Of a DNA stretch of 64,000 nt, positions 18,132-26,609 are shown piece after piece (position 1 is the first letter of the stretch; every line of letters begins with the position of its first letter). The notes under the pieces are model-generated. The model made no database searches, was not told the DNA's origin, and saw nothing but the letters and a program-made list of their open reading frames with translations. The position numbers and the translations under genes were made by a program. Source of the stretch: Candidatus Xenobia bacterium (GTDB lineage: Bacteria; Vulcanimicrobiota; Xenobia; Xenobiales; QWHO01); assembly GCA_045863235.1 (NCBI GenBank), contig BTUM01000001.1:96001-160000 (forward strand), in the 5' to 3' direction.

Positions 18132-19010
18132 ATGGCCGAGGCGGATTTCGTTATCATTACAGGGCTTTCTGGCGCGGGCAAGAGCCTGACCATGAAGTGC
18201 TTCGAGGATCTGGGCTTTTTTTGCGTGGACAATTTGCCGCCCGCTCTGATCCCCAAGTTCGCCCAGCTCTGCGCCGCCTCCAGCGTGAACCAGATGGCCC
18301 TGGTGATCGACGTGCGCGGCCGGCGCTTCTTCCCGGAGCTGCGTCGCTCGCTGGAAGAGCTTACCTCGCTGGGTTTCGCCCCCCGGATCCTGTTTCTGGA
18401 GGCCGATGATCGGGTCTTGGTACGGCGTTACTCGGAGAGCCGCCGGCGCCACCCGCTGGCTCCCGGTGGGGGCATCCTCGAGGGTATCAAGAAGGAGCGC
18501 GAGGCTCTGACCGAGTTGCGCGACATGGCTCAGAACATCCTCAATACCTCCAAGCTCTCCCCCAACCAGCTGATGCGGGCCAGCCGCAAGTTCGTGGACA
18601 GCCGCGAGGCCAGCATGCGGATCGCGGTGCATGTGCAGAGCTTTGGTTTCAAGTACGGCCTGCCGTTGGACGCCGACATGGTGCTGGATGTGCGTTTCTT
18701 GCCCAATCCCTTCTATGTGCCTGACCTTTCACCCATGTCGGGGCTGGATGAGCCGGTACGCGACTATGTGATCAAGCGGCCCGAGGCCCAGGACTTCCTG
18801 GACAAGGCTCAAGCCCTCCTGGAATCGGTGCTGCCATCCTTTCTCGAGGAAGGCAAGCAGAACCTGACCGTAGCCGTGGGATGCACCGGTGGCCGACACC
18901 GATCCACGGCCATGTCAGAGCAACTGGGCGAGCGACTGCGGCGCTCGGGCTACAGTGTCAACGTGCAGCACCGCGATGTGGCCCAGGCGGAGCACCTGGC
19001 GGCACGATGA
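18132..19010 (+). CDS. rapZ: RNase adapter RapZ/YvcJ P-loop protein
   Basis: GLSGAGKS, VDNLP, SFGFKYG, DVRFLPNP, GCTGGRHRS. Confidence 0.95.
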   Translation: MAEADFVIITGLSGAGKSLTMKCFEDLGFFCVDNLPPALIPKFAQLCAASSVNQMALVIDVRGRRFFPELRRSLEELTSLGFAPRILFLEADDRVLVRRYSESRRRHPLAPGGGILEGIKKEREALTELRDMAQNILNTSKLSPNQLMRASRKFVDSREASMRIAVHVQSFGFKYGLPLDADMVLDVRFLPNPFYVPDLSPMSGLDEPVRDYVIKRPEAQDFLDKAQALLESVLPSFLEEGKQNLTVAVGCTGGRHRSTAMSEQLGERLRRSGYSVNVQHRDVAQAEHLAAR

Positions 19011-20326
19011 AGAACGTTTTCATGTGGTTGGTGCCCGGCCTGCGCGTCAAGCGCTGGCTGCTGGTCTGCTGGCTGGGCCTGCTGCTCTTCACGGCCGGGT
19101 CCATCTTACTGGTGGAGGTCCTCTTCGGCAGCCTGAGCCAGCTCTGGCGAATCCTCACGCCCGCGCAGGCGGGCCTGCTGGGTCTCCTGGCGATGGGGGG
19201 AGGCATCTGGATCATCCTACAGGGAATGCGAGGCTGGTCCCAGGTCATCTATCAACTGGGTGGCCCCAAGGACCGACGCCAGATGGTGGAGGTGCTCTAC
19301 GAGCGCCACCAGCTGCAGCGCGGGCTGAAGATCGTGGCGATCGGGGGCGGCACCGGCCTGGCCAGCCTCTTGCGGGGCTTGAAACAGTACAGCAGCAACC
19401 TGGTTGCGGTGGTGACAGTCTCCGACGACGGGGGTAGCTCGGGCCGGCTCTCCAAGGAGCTCGGGGTGTTGCCCCCCGGCGACGTGCGCAACTGCCTGGT
19501 GGCCCTGGCCGACGACGAGTCTTTGCTCGGTGCCCTGTTTAACCACCGGTTCGTGGAAGGAGGTCTGGAAGGCCACTCCTTCGGCAATCTTTTCCTGGCC
19601 GCCATGACCGAAGTGGCTGGCGACTTCGAGCTGGCCGTGGAGCTCTCCAGCCAGATTCTGGCGACCCGCGGTCGGGTGCTTCCGGCCACTCTCACCAGCA
19701 CGGTGCTGTGCGCCCGTTACGTGGATGGCAGCGTGGTGCAGGGCGAGTCGCAGATCCCGGTCAGGCGCCAGCCCATCGAGAGAGTCTACCTCGAGCCCGG
19801 AGGATGCGTACCGCCAGACCGGGTGCTGGCCGAGATCGCCGAGGCAGACGCCATCGTGCTCGGTCCGGGCAGCCTGTATACCAGCGTGCTGCCCAACCTG
19901 TTGGTGGAGGGGATGGTGGACGCCGTTTTGCGTTCCAATGCTCCCAAGATCTATGCCTGCAATGTGATGACTCAGCCCGGGGAGACCGACAACTTCACCG
20001 CCGGGGATCATCTCGACGTGCTCCTGCGCCACGCCGGTGGCCCGCTGGTGGATTACGCCCTGGTCAACCTGGCTTTCCCGGCCTCGCGCCTGGCTGCCAA
20101 GTACAAAGCCGAGGGCGCTGACCCGGTGCTGGCTGACCTGGCTCGCATCGAGAAAATGGGCATCGAGCCGATTGGAGCCAACCTGATCAGCGAGACCGAG
20201 CTGGTGCGCCACGACTCTGACCGGCTGGCCCGGGCCATCATCGACCTGATCGCTCGCCACCGCTCCAAGGAAGTCGAGCCGGGCTCGGCCGGGCTCGAGT
20301 TCCGTCGGCTTCGGGCTGTGAAGTGA
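19007..20326 (+). CDS. yvcK: YvcK/GlmR (CofD-like) UDP-GlcNAc-binding protein with N-terminal TM segments
   Basis: GGGTG, DDGGSSG, PPGDVRN, GPGSLYTS, NVMTQPGET; ATG overlaps the rapZ stop. Confidence 0.93.
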   Translation: MKNVFMWLVPGLRVKRWLLVCWLGLLLFTAGSILLVEVLFGSLSQLWRILTPAQAGLLGLLAMGGGIWIILQGMRGWSQVIYQLGGPKDRRQMVEVLYERHQLQRGLKIVAIGGGTGLASLLRGLKQYSSNLVAVVTVSDDGGSSGRLSKELGVLPPGDVRNCLVALADDESLLGALFNHRFVEGGLEGHSFGNLFLAAMTEVAGDFELAVELSSQILATRGRVLPATLTSTVLCARYVDGSVVQGESQIPVRRQPIERVYLEPGGCVPPDRVLAEIAEADAIVLGPGSLYTSVLPNLLVEGMVDAVLRSNAPKIYACNVMTQPGETDNFTAGDHLDVLLRHAGGPLVDYALVNLAFPASRLAAKYKAEGADPVLADLARIEKMGIEPIGANLISETELVRHDSDRLARAIIDLIARHRSKEVEPGSAGLEFRRLRAVK

Positions 20327-20347
20327 AAGGTTGGGCAGAGAGAATCG

Positions 20348-21115
20348 TCAGTATCGGGCGCTGATGCCCACGGTCATTCCCCAGTCCAGCCCCGATCCCG
20401 ACATCCCTTTGAGCACGGCCAGGTCGATCTGCATGTCCTCGTTGAGAAGATAGGTGAAGCCGCCATCCATGGCCAGCTCGAAGGGTCCGTTCGTTCCATC
20501 GGGTCCGCTGCCAAAGCACTCGACGAACATCCCCAGCTCGTCAGTCAGCGAGTACCCCACCGAAGTGGCGAAAAATCCCTGTAGATAGCGCCCGCCTCCG
20601 GCTTCGTCCTCCGGCACCCCTCCCTGCAGGCTGACTGCGATGGCCATGCGGTCGTTGAGCGGAAAGGTGGTCAGCAGAGCCAGCTCGGGCACCACGGCAT
20701 TTCCCGCCAGAGGGCCCGTGCCGCTGGGCAAATTGACGCGCCCGAGCAGGGCGATGGCGCCCCAGTCTTCATCGGCGAGATTGACCTTGGCTCCCAGGCT
20801 TGCGTCGGAGAGTCCTGTAACCCCTTGAGCGGCGGTGAGAAAGTCGCTTTCGACGCGCAACTCGGTGTTGGGTCCGGTGCCGATGCGAAGCAGGGTGGGA
20901 GTGGCGAAGAACTCATCCCCCCCGCGGGAGCGCTCATAGAGAAGACCCGACTCGATCTGGAAGCGCCCCGAGCCCACCGTGTAGGGCGATTCCGCCTGGT
21001 CGGGCCGGTCCGTGATGATCGGCTGCGTTTCGGAAGGGCTTGCCTGTGGCTCCACCTCCTGGGCGCCCAGGGGCCCCACAAGCAGCAAGAGAGCAAGAAT
21101 CCAGCGTTTCCACAC
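20348..21115 (-). CDS. Putative outer-membrane beta-barrel (MetA/phenol-degradation-like transporter family)
   Basis: Signal peptide, ITDRPD motif, QIESG, alternating beta-strands, C-terminal aromatic residue (RY). Confidence 0.75.
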   Translation of the reverse strand: MWKRWILALLLLVGPLGAQEVEPQASPSETQPIITDRPDQAESPYTVGSGRFQIESGLLYERSRGGDEFFATPTLLRIGTGPNTELRVESDFLTAAQGVTGLSDASLGAKVNLADEDWGAIALLGRVNLPSGTGPLAGNAVVPELALLTTFPLNDRMAIAVSLQGGVPEDEAGGGRYLQGFFATSVGYSLTDELGMFVECFGSGPDGTNGPFELAMDGGFTYLLNEDMQIDLAVLKGMSGSGLDWGMTVGISARY

Positions 21116-21240
21116 GGGTCTGAGTCCTTTCTGAATTTAGATGGGGCTAAATATGTTTTAGAGGAGCCTAAAAATCCTGCATCCGATCGGGTGGAAACAG
21201 TTGTCAGGGACTTTTCAGTCCCTGGCGGGACAATCAAGCC

Positions 21241-22509
21241 ATGATGATCCCCAGCCTTCAGACCGCAAGCTTCACCGCTCACAGCCCCCGGGCAGCCAGC
21301 GGCGCCCCCCAGCCCCCTGTCTTTGCGCCTCCGGCCGAGGTTTTCACACCCTCCGAGCAGACCATCAAGGCGCGTAGCGGCCTCTCGGCCACCGTGCGCC
21401 AGGATCAGATGGGGGTGGCTATCAAGGCCACCTTGCCGGCCGGGGGAGGGCTGTTGCCCATTCCGGTGGTGCTTGAAGGCACCCTGGGCGGGAGCTGGGC
21501 GGCTCGCACGGGCCAGGACGCCAGGGAGACCCAGGTGGGCAGCGACGGCCGGGTTTATGTACAGCTCGAGCCGGGCGCGCCGGCGGTGGTGTTCGACCCG
21601 CGCAATCTCGATTTCGGCCTTTCGGGGGGCTGCACTCCCACGCAGGCGGGTTGGAATCGCGGGCAGATGGAGCTTCTCGACCAGAACGGCGTACGCAAGT
21701 ACATCTTCAACGAGGAGATGGAGCATGTGTCCCCGGGCGTGGTGCGCAACGAGTACACCGAGGTGCGCTGGGACGGTCAGCAGTTGACCGCCAACCGGGT
21801 CATCCGCACTCAGGGGCAGGCCCAAGTCGAATCCGGCGGGCAGTTGATGAGCGGTCTGAAGAGCTATGTTCACGGGCCCGACAACCAGGACATCCACCTC
21901 GATGTGCAGGGCAACGCGGATAACTCGCTGACCGTCACGCCTCCCAAACTGGGCCAGCTGGCCAGCAAGAACGCCGTGCGTCTGCTGTTCGGCGACGTGG
22001 TCACACCCTACATGCAGCACCAGAAGAATCAGGGCTACGCGGGAACCTTCATGCCCCTGTCAGCCCTGCCCCCCGGCACGTTGTTCCCGGCCCTGGTGGG
22101 TGGGTTGCAGGCTCCCCCGCGTGCGCCGGTCCAGGCCCCTCCGCCCCTTCCGCCGGCTCCCCCGCCCTCGCAGAATCAGGGATTGATGGAGCAGCTCGGC
22201 TTCGGAGGCAACGATCAGGAAGGGGGCTCATTGATGGACCAGCTGGGCCTGGACGGCCTGTTCGGTCAGCGCCCCCAGCCCGCACCGCCGGGTCCGCCTC
22301 CCCAGGCTCCGGTCAGTTTCGGGCAACCGGCGCCAACTCAGCAGGCTCCGGTCCAGTTCGGCCCTCCCGCGGTTTCGGCCGACCCGCTTCAGGCTCTGCG
22401 CCAGCGCTACCCCCAGGCCAGCGAGGCAAAGTTGCAGGCGGCCTGGACACTGGCTGACGGCAACCCCCAGAAGGCCGAGCAGTTGCTGCTTCAGCTGGGC
22501 ATTCGCTGA
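21241..22509 (+). CDS. Hypothetical Pro/Gln-rich protein with C-terminal CUE/UBA-like helical domain
   Basis: Long ORF with host codon usage; C-terminus LQALRQRYPQASEAKLQAAWTLADGNPQKAEQLLL. Confidence 0.7.
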   Translation: MMIPSLQTASFTAHSPRAASGAPQPPVFAPPAEVFTPSEQTIKARSGLSATVRQDQMGVAIKATLPAGGGLLPIPVVLEGTLGGSWAARTGQDARETQVGSDGRVYVQLEPGAPAVVFDPRNLDFGLSGGCTPTQAGWNRGQMELLDQNGVRKYIFNEEMEHVSPGVVRNEYTEVRWDGQQLTANRVIRTQGQAQVESGGQLMSGLKSYVHGPDNQDIHLDVQGNADNSLTVTPPKLGQLASKNAVRLLFGDVVTPYMQHQKNQGYAGTFMPLSALPPGTLFPALVGGLQAPPRAPVQAPPPLPPAPPPSQNQGLMEQLGFGGNDQEGGSLMDQLGLDGLFGQRPQPAPPGPPPQAPVSFGQPAPTQQAPVQFGPPAVSADPLQALRQRYPQASEAKLQAAWTLADGNPQKAEQLLLQLGIR

Positions 22510-22657
22510 GCCCGGGAGCAACCAGGTTGCGTTGGCTTGCGTCTCTGGCTCTGGCCCTGGCTGATCCGGCTCCGGGTGCGACTCGACTGCATGCGCCGAG
22601 ACGCACGCTGGTCTTTGCTCGCCACAAGCGACGCTGACAACCCGATTTCGCGCTGGA

Positions 22658-23434
22658 TCAGGAAGCCTGGCGGGCCTTGCGCAGATAACCGATGGCCCGG
22701 GCGGGTTGGTCGGCGCTCAGCTCGGCCAGCTCGAGCAACCAGCGGCGGCGCACGGTCGTTGAGGTATTGGCCTTGCCGGCGAGCTCGTCCAGGGCCTCGC
22801 AGTAGGCGCGCAAGAACCGCTTGTGGGCGTTGCCGCGCAGCGAGAAAGCAAGTTGGCGGGCAAAGCGGGAGCCTTCCATGTTGCTGCCTACCATGGCCCA
22901 GCTCTGGAATACCTTCTGGTAGAACTGGGCAAAGGACGGGCTGTGGCCGGCCAGAGTGGCGAAGATTTCCAGCGCCTCCTCGCCTCGACCCAGGATGATG
23001 CGCTTCATGGCTTTGATCAGCATGCGATCCACCGGTGTGAGCGGGGGCGGGGGAGGTGGGGGAGCTTTCTTGCGGCTGGCCTGCTCTCGGGCCGTGCGCA
23101 ACTCCGCCTCCAGCTCCTGCAACCGCGAGCCGGCCCTGGCCAGGCTCTGCTTCAGCGTCCCTCTCTCTTGCTCGAGCTCTTGCAGGTCCTGACACAACAC
23201 CGACAGGTCGCGCTGGTAGGCGGCCATCTGGGTTTCGCTGCGCTGCCTTTCCTCGCGCAGGGCCAGCGCCAGAGCGAGATTCCGCTCGGACAGGTGGTGG
23301 TTCTCCTCGGTGGGGCTGTCAGAGATGTGGGCGACGGACACGGTGGCAGGCCTCCCGTCTTGGAATCTGGGGCTGGCGGGCCCCCGCCTCAGTCTACCCC
23401 ATCCGACTTCCGGGCGCTGTGTGCCAGCACACAT
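22658..23434 (-). CDS. Hypothetical coiled-coil protein (start uncertain)
   Basis: Heptad-rich N-half, poly-Pro linker, helical C-half. Confidence 0.6.
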   Translation of the reverse strand: MCAGTQRPEVGWGRLRRGPASPRFQDGRPATVSVAHISDSPTEENHHLSERNLALALALREERQRSETQMAAYQRDLSVLCQDLQELEQERGTLKQSLARAGSRLQELEAELRTAREQASRKKAPPPPPPPLTPVDRMLIKAMKRIILGRGEEALEIFATLAGHSPSFAQFYQKVFQSWAMVGSNMEGSRFARQLAFSLRGNAHKRFLRAYCEALDELAGKANTSTTVRRRWLLELAELSADQPARAIGYLRKARQAS

Positions 23435-23436
23435 CT

Positions 23437-23492
23437 AGGAGTGCAGCCGGAAACCCCCTTGACACAGTTTTCCGGCTGCGCGACGCCCAACA
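23437..23492 (+). repeat. Dispersed 56-bp hairpin repeat, copy 1
   Basis: GCAGCCGGAAA...TTTCCGGCTGC stem enclosing TTGACA; 50/56 identical to 34985-35040. Confidence 0.85.
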
Positions 23493-23674
23493 TATTGTGC
23501 TAGAAGTCCGGCCGCCTACAACATCTTGTGGTGGCGGAGGTTTCCTCCGACACCACAGGGGGTTTGCGGCCGGACTTCTAGCAGGCTGATACAAAACCGG
23601 TTGTGGTGTCGAAGCATAGCTCCGCCACCACAAGATATTGTGTAGGCATCAGCCTGCTAGACAATCTGTTGAGC
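23485..23674. repeat. Two inverted structured units carrying four NrdR-box-like motifs
   Basis: 18-bp perfect IR 23498-23515/23566-23583; 14-bp perfect IR 23577-23590/23648-23661; boxes at 23485, 23516, 23628 and 23659 (31-bp spacing within each pair). Confidence 0.75.
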
Positions 23675-23680
23675 GCAGGA

Positions 23681-23715
23681 TGATGCAAAAGCCCTCTTCG
23701 AGGACTTTTGCATCA
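23681..23715. terminator. Stem-loop downstream of the ABC permease genes
   Basis: TGATGCAAAAG-CCCTC-TTC-GAGGA-CTTTTGCATCA; no clear U-tract. Confidence 0.5.
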
Positions 23716-23729
23716 CTCTGCTGGTGGAG

Positions 23730-24611
23730 TCAGCGCTCGAAGGCCACCCCCAGCGCGGCGGGCTCGCTGCGGCGGCGAGGGGTGAGGGCCATCACCGCAA
23801 TGGTCAAAAGGTAGGGTAGCATGAGCGCCAGCTCCGAGGGGATGGGGAGGCGGGCCACCTGGATCCAGAGCTGCAGCGAGTTCACGCTGGCGAAGAGGAG
23901 CACCCCCCCCAGCACTCCCCAGGGATTCCAGCGCCCGAAGTAGACCAACGCTACGGCGATGAAGCCCCGGCCAGCGATCATGTCTTCCTGGAACAAATTC
24001 AGGTTGGCGATGGAGAGCGAAGCGCCGGCCAGTCCTCCCAGCATGCCCCCGATGGCTACCGCCAGGGCCCGGGTGCGGGCCACCGAGATGCCCAGCGCGT
24101 CGGCTGCCTGAGGGTTCTGGCCCACCGCCTTGACCTGCAGGCCGAATCGAGTGCGGTCCAATACCAGAGCCATGATCGGCACCAGCGCGAAGGCCAGGTA
24201 GGTCAGCAGGTTGTGGCCCGAGAGCACGGGCCCCAGCCAGGGGAGGTCGAGGGCGGGGAAGCCATCCACGGTGCGGACTCCGCCCGAGGTCACCCGGTAG
24301 AGCATTCCGGCCAGGCCCAGCCCGAAGAGATAAAGACCGATCCCGCTGATGCCCTGCTCGCCCTTGAAGACCACGCTGACCAGGATCAAGAGCAGGGCCA
24401 TGGCCAGCCCGGCCGCCAGGGCCGCCAGCACGCCCAGACCCAGGCTGCCGGTGCGCACGACGGTCAGGAAGGCGGCCAGGGCTCCCACTAGCATGGTGCC
24501 CTCCAGTCCCAGATTGAGCACACCCGAGCGCTGGCCCAGCGTTTCTCCCATGGAGGCATACAGATAGGGCGTGGCCAGCCGGATGGTGGAGAAGAGGAAG
24601 CTCTCAAACAC
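23730..24611 (-). CDS. Nucleoside/simple-sugar ABC transporter permease 2
   Basis: RSGVLNLGLEG, AVGQNPQAA..GISV, GRGFIAVALV..GRW. Confidence 0.9.
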   Translation of the reverse strand: MFESFLFSTIRLATPYLYASMGETLGQRSGVLNLGLEGTMLVGALAAFLTVVRTGSLGLGVLAALAAGLAMALLLILVSVVFKGEQGISGIGLYLFGLGLAGMLYRVTSGGVRTVDGFPALDLPWLGPVLSGHNLLTYLAFALVPIMALVLDRTRFGLQVKAVGQNPQAADALGISVARTRALAVAIGGMLGGLAGASLSIANLNLFQEDMIAGRGFIAVALVYFGRWNPWGVLGGVLLFASVNSLQLWIQVARLPIPSELALMLPYLLTIAVMALTPRRRSEPAALGVAFER

Positions 24612-25641
24612 GGCGATTGCGGCGCCTCCGCTCCCAGGCTTCGGCGCTGACCAGCAGGCAGAGGATCAGGCCCTGCAGAGCGATGGCCAGCGAGGCCGGC
24701 ACCTGCATGGAGCGCTGCATTTTGTCGGCCCCCACCAGCAAGGCCGCAAACAGGGCCCCGGCCGGCAACAGCCAGCGCGGGTCGAGGCGAGCGAGCAGGG
24801 CGGCTACGATGCCCGCAAAGCCGGCCCCTCCGGTCATCCCTTCCAGCGAGCGGTGGTGCAGGCCGGTCACCTCCACGATCCCGGCCAGGCCAGCCAGGGC
24901 CCCGGAGATCAGCATGGCCAGCACCAGGCGTGTGCCCACTCCGATGCCGGCGTAGCGGGCTGCCAGCGGACTCAGCCCCACGGCCCGCAGCTCGAAGCCG
25001 AGCGTGGTGCGCCGCAGCAGGAAGTAGACCACTCCCGCCAGGAGCGGCAGGAGCAACAGGCCCGCGTGCAGGGTGGTGCGGGGGATCAGTCGGGGCAGCC
25101 AGATAGCAGCGGGCAGGGCGGCGCTCTGGGGAATTCTTGTGCCGGCCGCGATCTCAGCCGGGTCGAGCATGGGTCCGCTGAGCACGAAGTTCATGAGCTG
25201 CAGGGCCACCTGGTTGAGCATGACCGTGCTCAGGATCTCGTTCACCCCGAAGCGGGCCTTCAGGTAGCCCGCCAGCCCGGCCCAGAGGGCACCGGCGGTG
25301 ACCCCGGCGGCCAATACCAGGGGTAGAAGCACGGGACCGGGGAGGGAAGGGATTGCCAGGCCCAGGGCGGTGCCGGCCAGGGCTCCCACGATCATCTGGC
25401 CCTCGGCGCCGATGTTGAAGATGCGGGCCTGGAAGGCGACGATGATGCCCAACCCGACCAGCACCAGGGGGATCGACTTGGAGAGGGTCTGGGCCAGGCC
25501 TTTGAGGCTGCCCAGGCTACCCGCCAGCATCGCCTCGTAGGCCAGCATCGGGTTGACCCCCAGAGCGGCCAGGAGCAGGCCCCCCAGAGCGAAGGAGCCG
25601 GTCAAGGCCACCAGGGTGGGCAGGAAATCGGGGCGCTTCAC
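24604..25641 (-). CDS. Nucleoside/simple-sugar ABC transporter permease 1
   Basis: FNIGAEGQ, VNEILSTVMLN, GFELRAVG. Confidence 0.9.
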   Translation of the reverse strand: MKRPDFLPTLVALTGSFALGGLLLAALGVNPMLAYEAMLAGSLGSLKGLAQTLSKSIPLVLVGLGIIVAFQARIFNIGAEGQMIVGALAGTALGLAIPSLPGPVLLPLVLAAGVTAGALWAGLAGYLKARFGVNEILSTVMLNQVALQLMNFVLSGPMLDPAEIAAGTRIPQSAALPAAIWLPRLIPRTTLHAGLLLLPLLAGVVYFLLRRTTLGFELRAVGLSPLAARYAGIGVGTRLVLAMLISGALAGLAGIVEVTGLHHRSLEGMTGGAGFAGIVAALLARLDPRWLLPAGALFAALLVGADKMQRSMQVPASLAIALQGLILCLLVSAEAWERRRRNRRV

Positions 25642-25647
25642 CCCCTC

Positions 25648-25683
25648 TTCTTAACTCAGCCTGTCAAGGCTATAATGGGCCTA
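25648..25683 (+). promoter_or_regulatory. Sigma70 promoter, probably leaderless
   Basis: TTCTTA-N17-TATAAT (25671-25676); ATG 6 nt downstream with no SD. Confidence 0.55.
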
Positions 25684-26609
25684 TGGTGCTCGAGGTGCAG
25701 GGGCTGACCAAGAGCTTCGGAGGGACGAGGGCGCTCACCGATGTCAGCTTCTCGTTGGCCGAGGGCGAGTCGCTGGCCTTGCTCGGCCCGAACGGCGCCG
25801 GCAAGACCACCACCCTGCGCATTCTGGCCACTTTGCTCAAGCCGGACCAGGGCAGCTTCAAGGTGGTCGGTCGCTCGAATTTTTACGAGGTGCGCCGCTT
25901 GATCGGCTACATGCCGGACGTGCTGGGGATTTACCCCGAGATGCAGGTCAAGGAGTACCTGGAGTTTTTTGCCCGCGCCTATCAACTCCCGAGCCCCCGG
26001 CGCCGCCAGCGGGTCGAAGAGATGGTGAGCTTTGCTGGAATGGAGGGTTGGCTTGAGCGGCCGCTCGAGGGCCTGTCGCGCGGCCAGCTGCAGCGCGTCG
26101 CCCTGGCCCGGGCCCTGCTGCACGATCCGCTGCTGCTCTTGCTCGACGAGCCGGCGGCCGGGCTCGACCCGCGCTCGCGCCTGGAGTTTCGCCGCCTGTT
26201 GCAGGATCTGCGCCAGCGGGGCAAGACGGTGGTGATCAGCTCGCACGTGCTGAGCGACCTGGAGGACACCTCGAGTCACATCGCGGTGATCGAGCAAGGG
26301 TCCTTGCTTTGCCTCGAGCCGATGCATGACTTCCTGGAGAAGACCACCGCTCACGCCACCTACCGCCTCTGCCTGGCCGGCGATCCCGGGTCTGCACTGG
26401 ACTTTCTGGCGGGCCATCCCCGGGTCCAGGCAGCCCGATTCGATGGCGACGACATTCTGGTGGAGCTATGCCGGGTCGATGGGCTGGCTCGCGACCTCCT
26501 GCGCGAGCTGGTGGAGCAGAAGCTCGAGGTGGAGAGCTTTGCCGAGGTGAGGCTGTCGCTTGAGCAGGCCTATCTGGCCCGAACCCGTGACCTGGCGGGG
26601 GCCCTATGA
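25683..26609 (+). CDS. ABC-2 type exporter ATP-binding protein
   Basis: GPNGAGKTT, LSRGQ, LLLDEP, SSH. Confidence 0.92.
   Translation: MVLEVQGLTKSFGGTRALTDVSFSLAEGESLALLGPNGAGKTTTLRILATLLKPDQGSFKVVGRSNFYEVRRLIGYMPDVLGIYPEMQVKEYLEFFARAYQLPSPRRRQRVEEMVSFAGMEGWLERPLEGLSRGQLQRVALARALLHDPLLLLLDEPAAGLDPRSRLEFRRLLQDLRQRGKTVVISSHVLSDLEDTSSHIAVIEQGSLLCLEPMHDFLEKTTAHATYRLCLAGDPGSALDFLAGHPRVQAARFDGDDILVELCRVDGLARDLLRELVEQKLEVESFAEVRLSLEQAYLARTRDLAGAL

Noticed and set aside
23435..23715. CRISPR array, integron attC array, retron ncRNA or oriC
   Set aside because: No identical direct repeats with unique spacers, no GTTRRRY/RYYYAAC ends, no cas, integrase or RT gene, and no TTATCCACA DnaA boxes.
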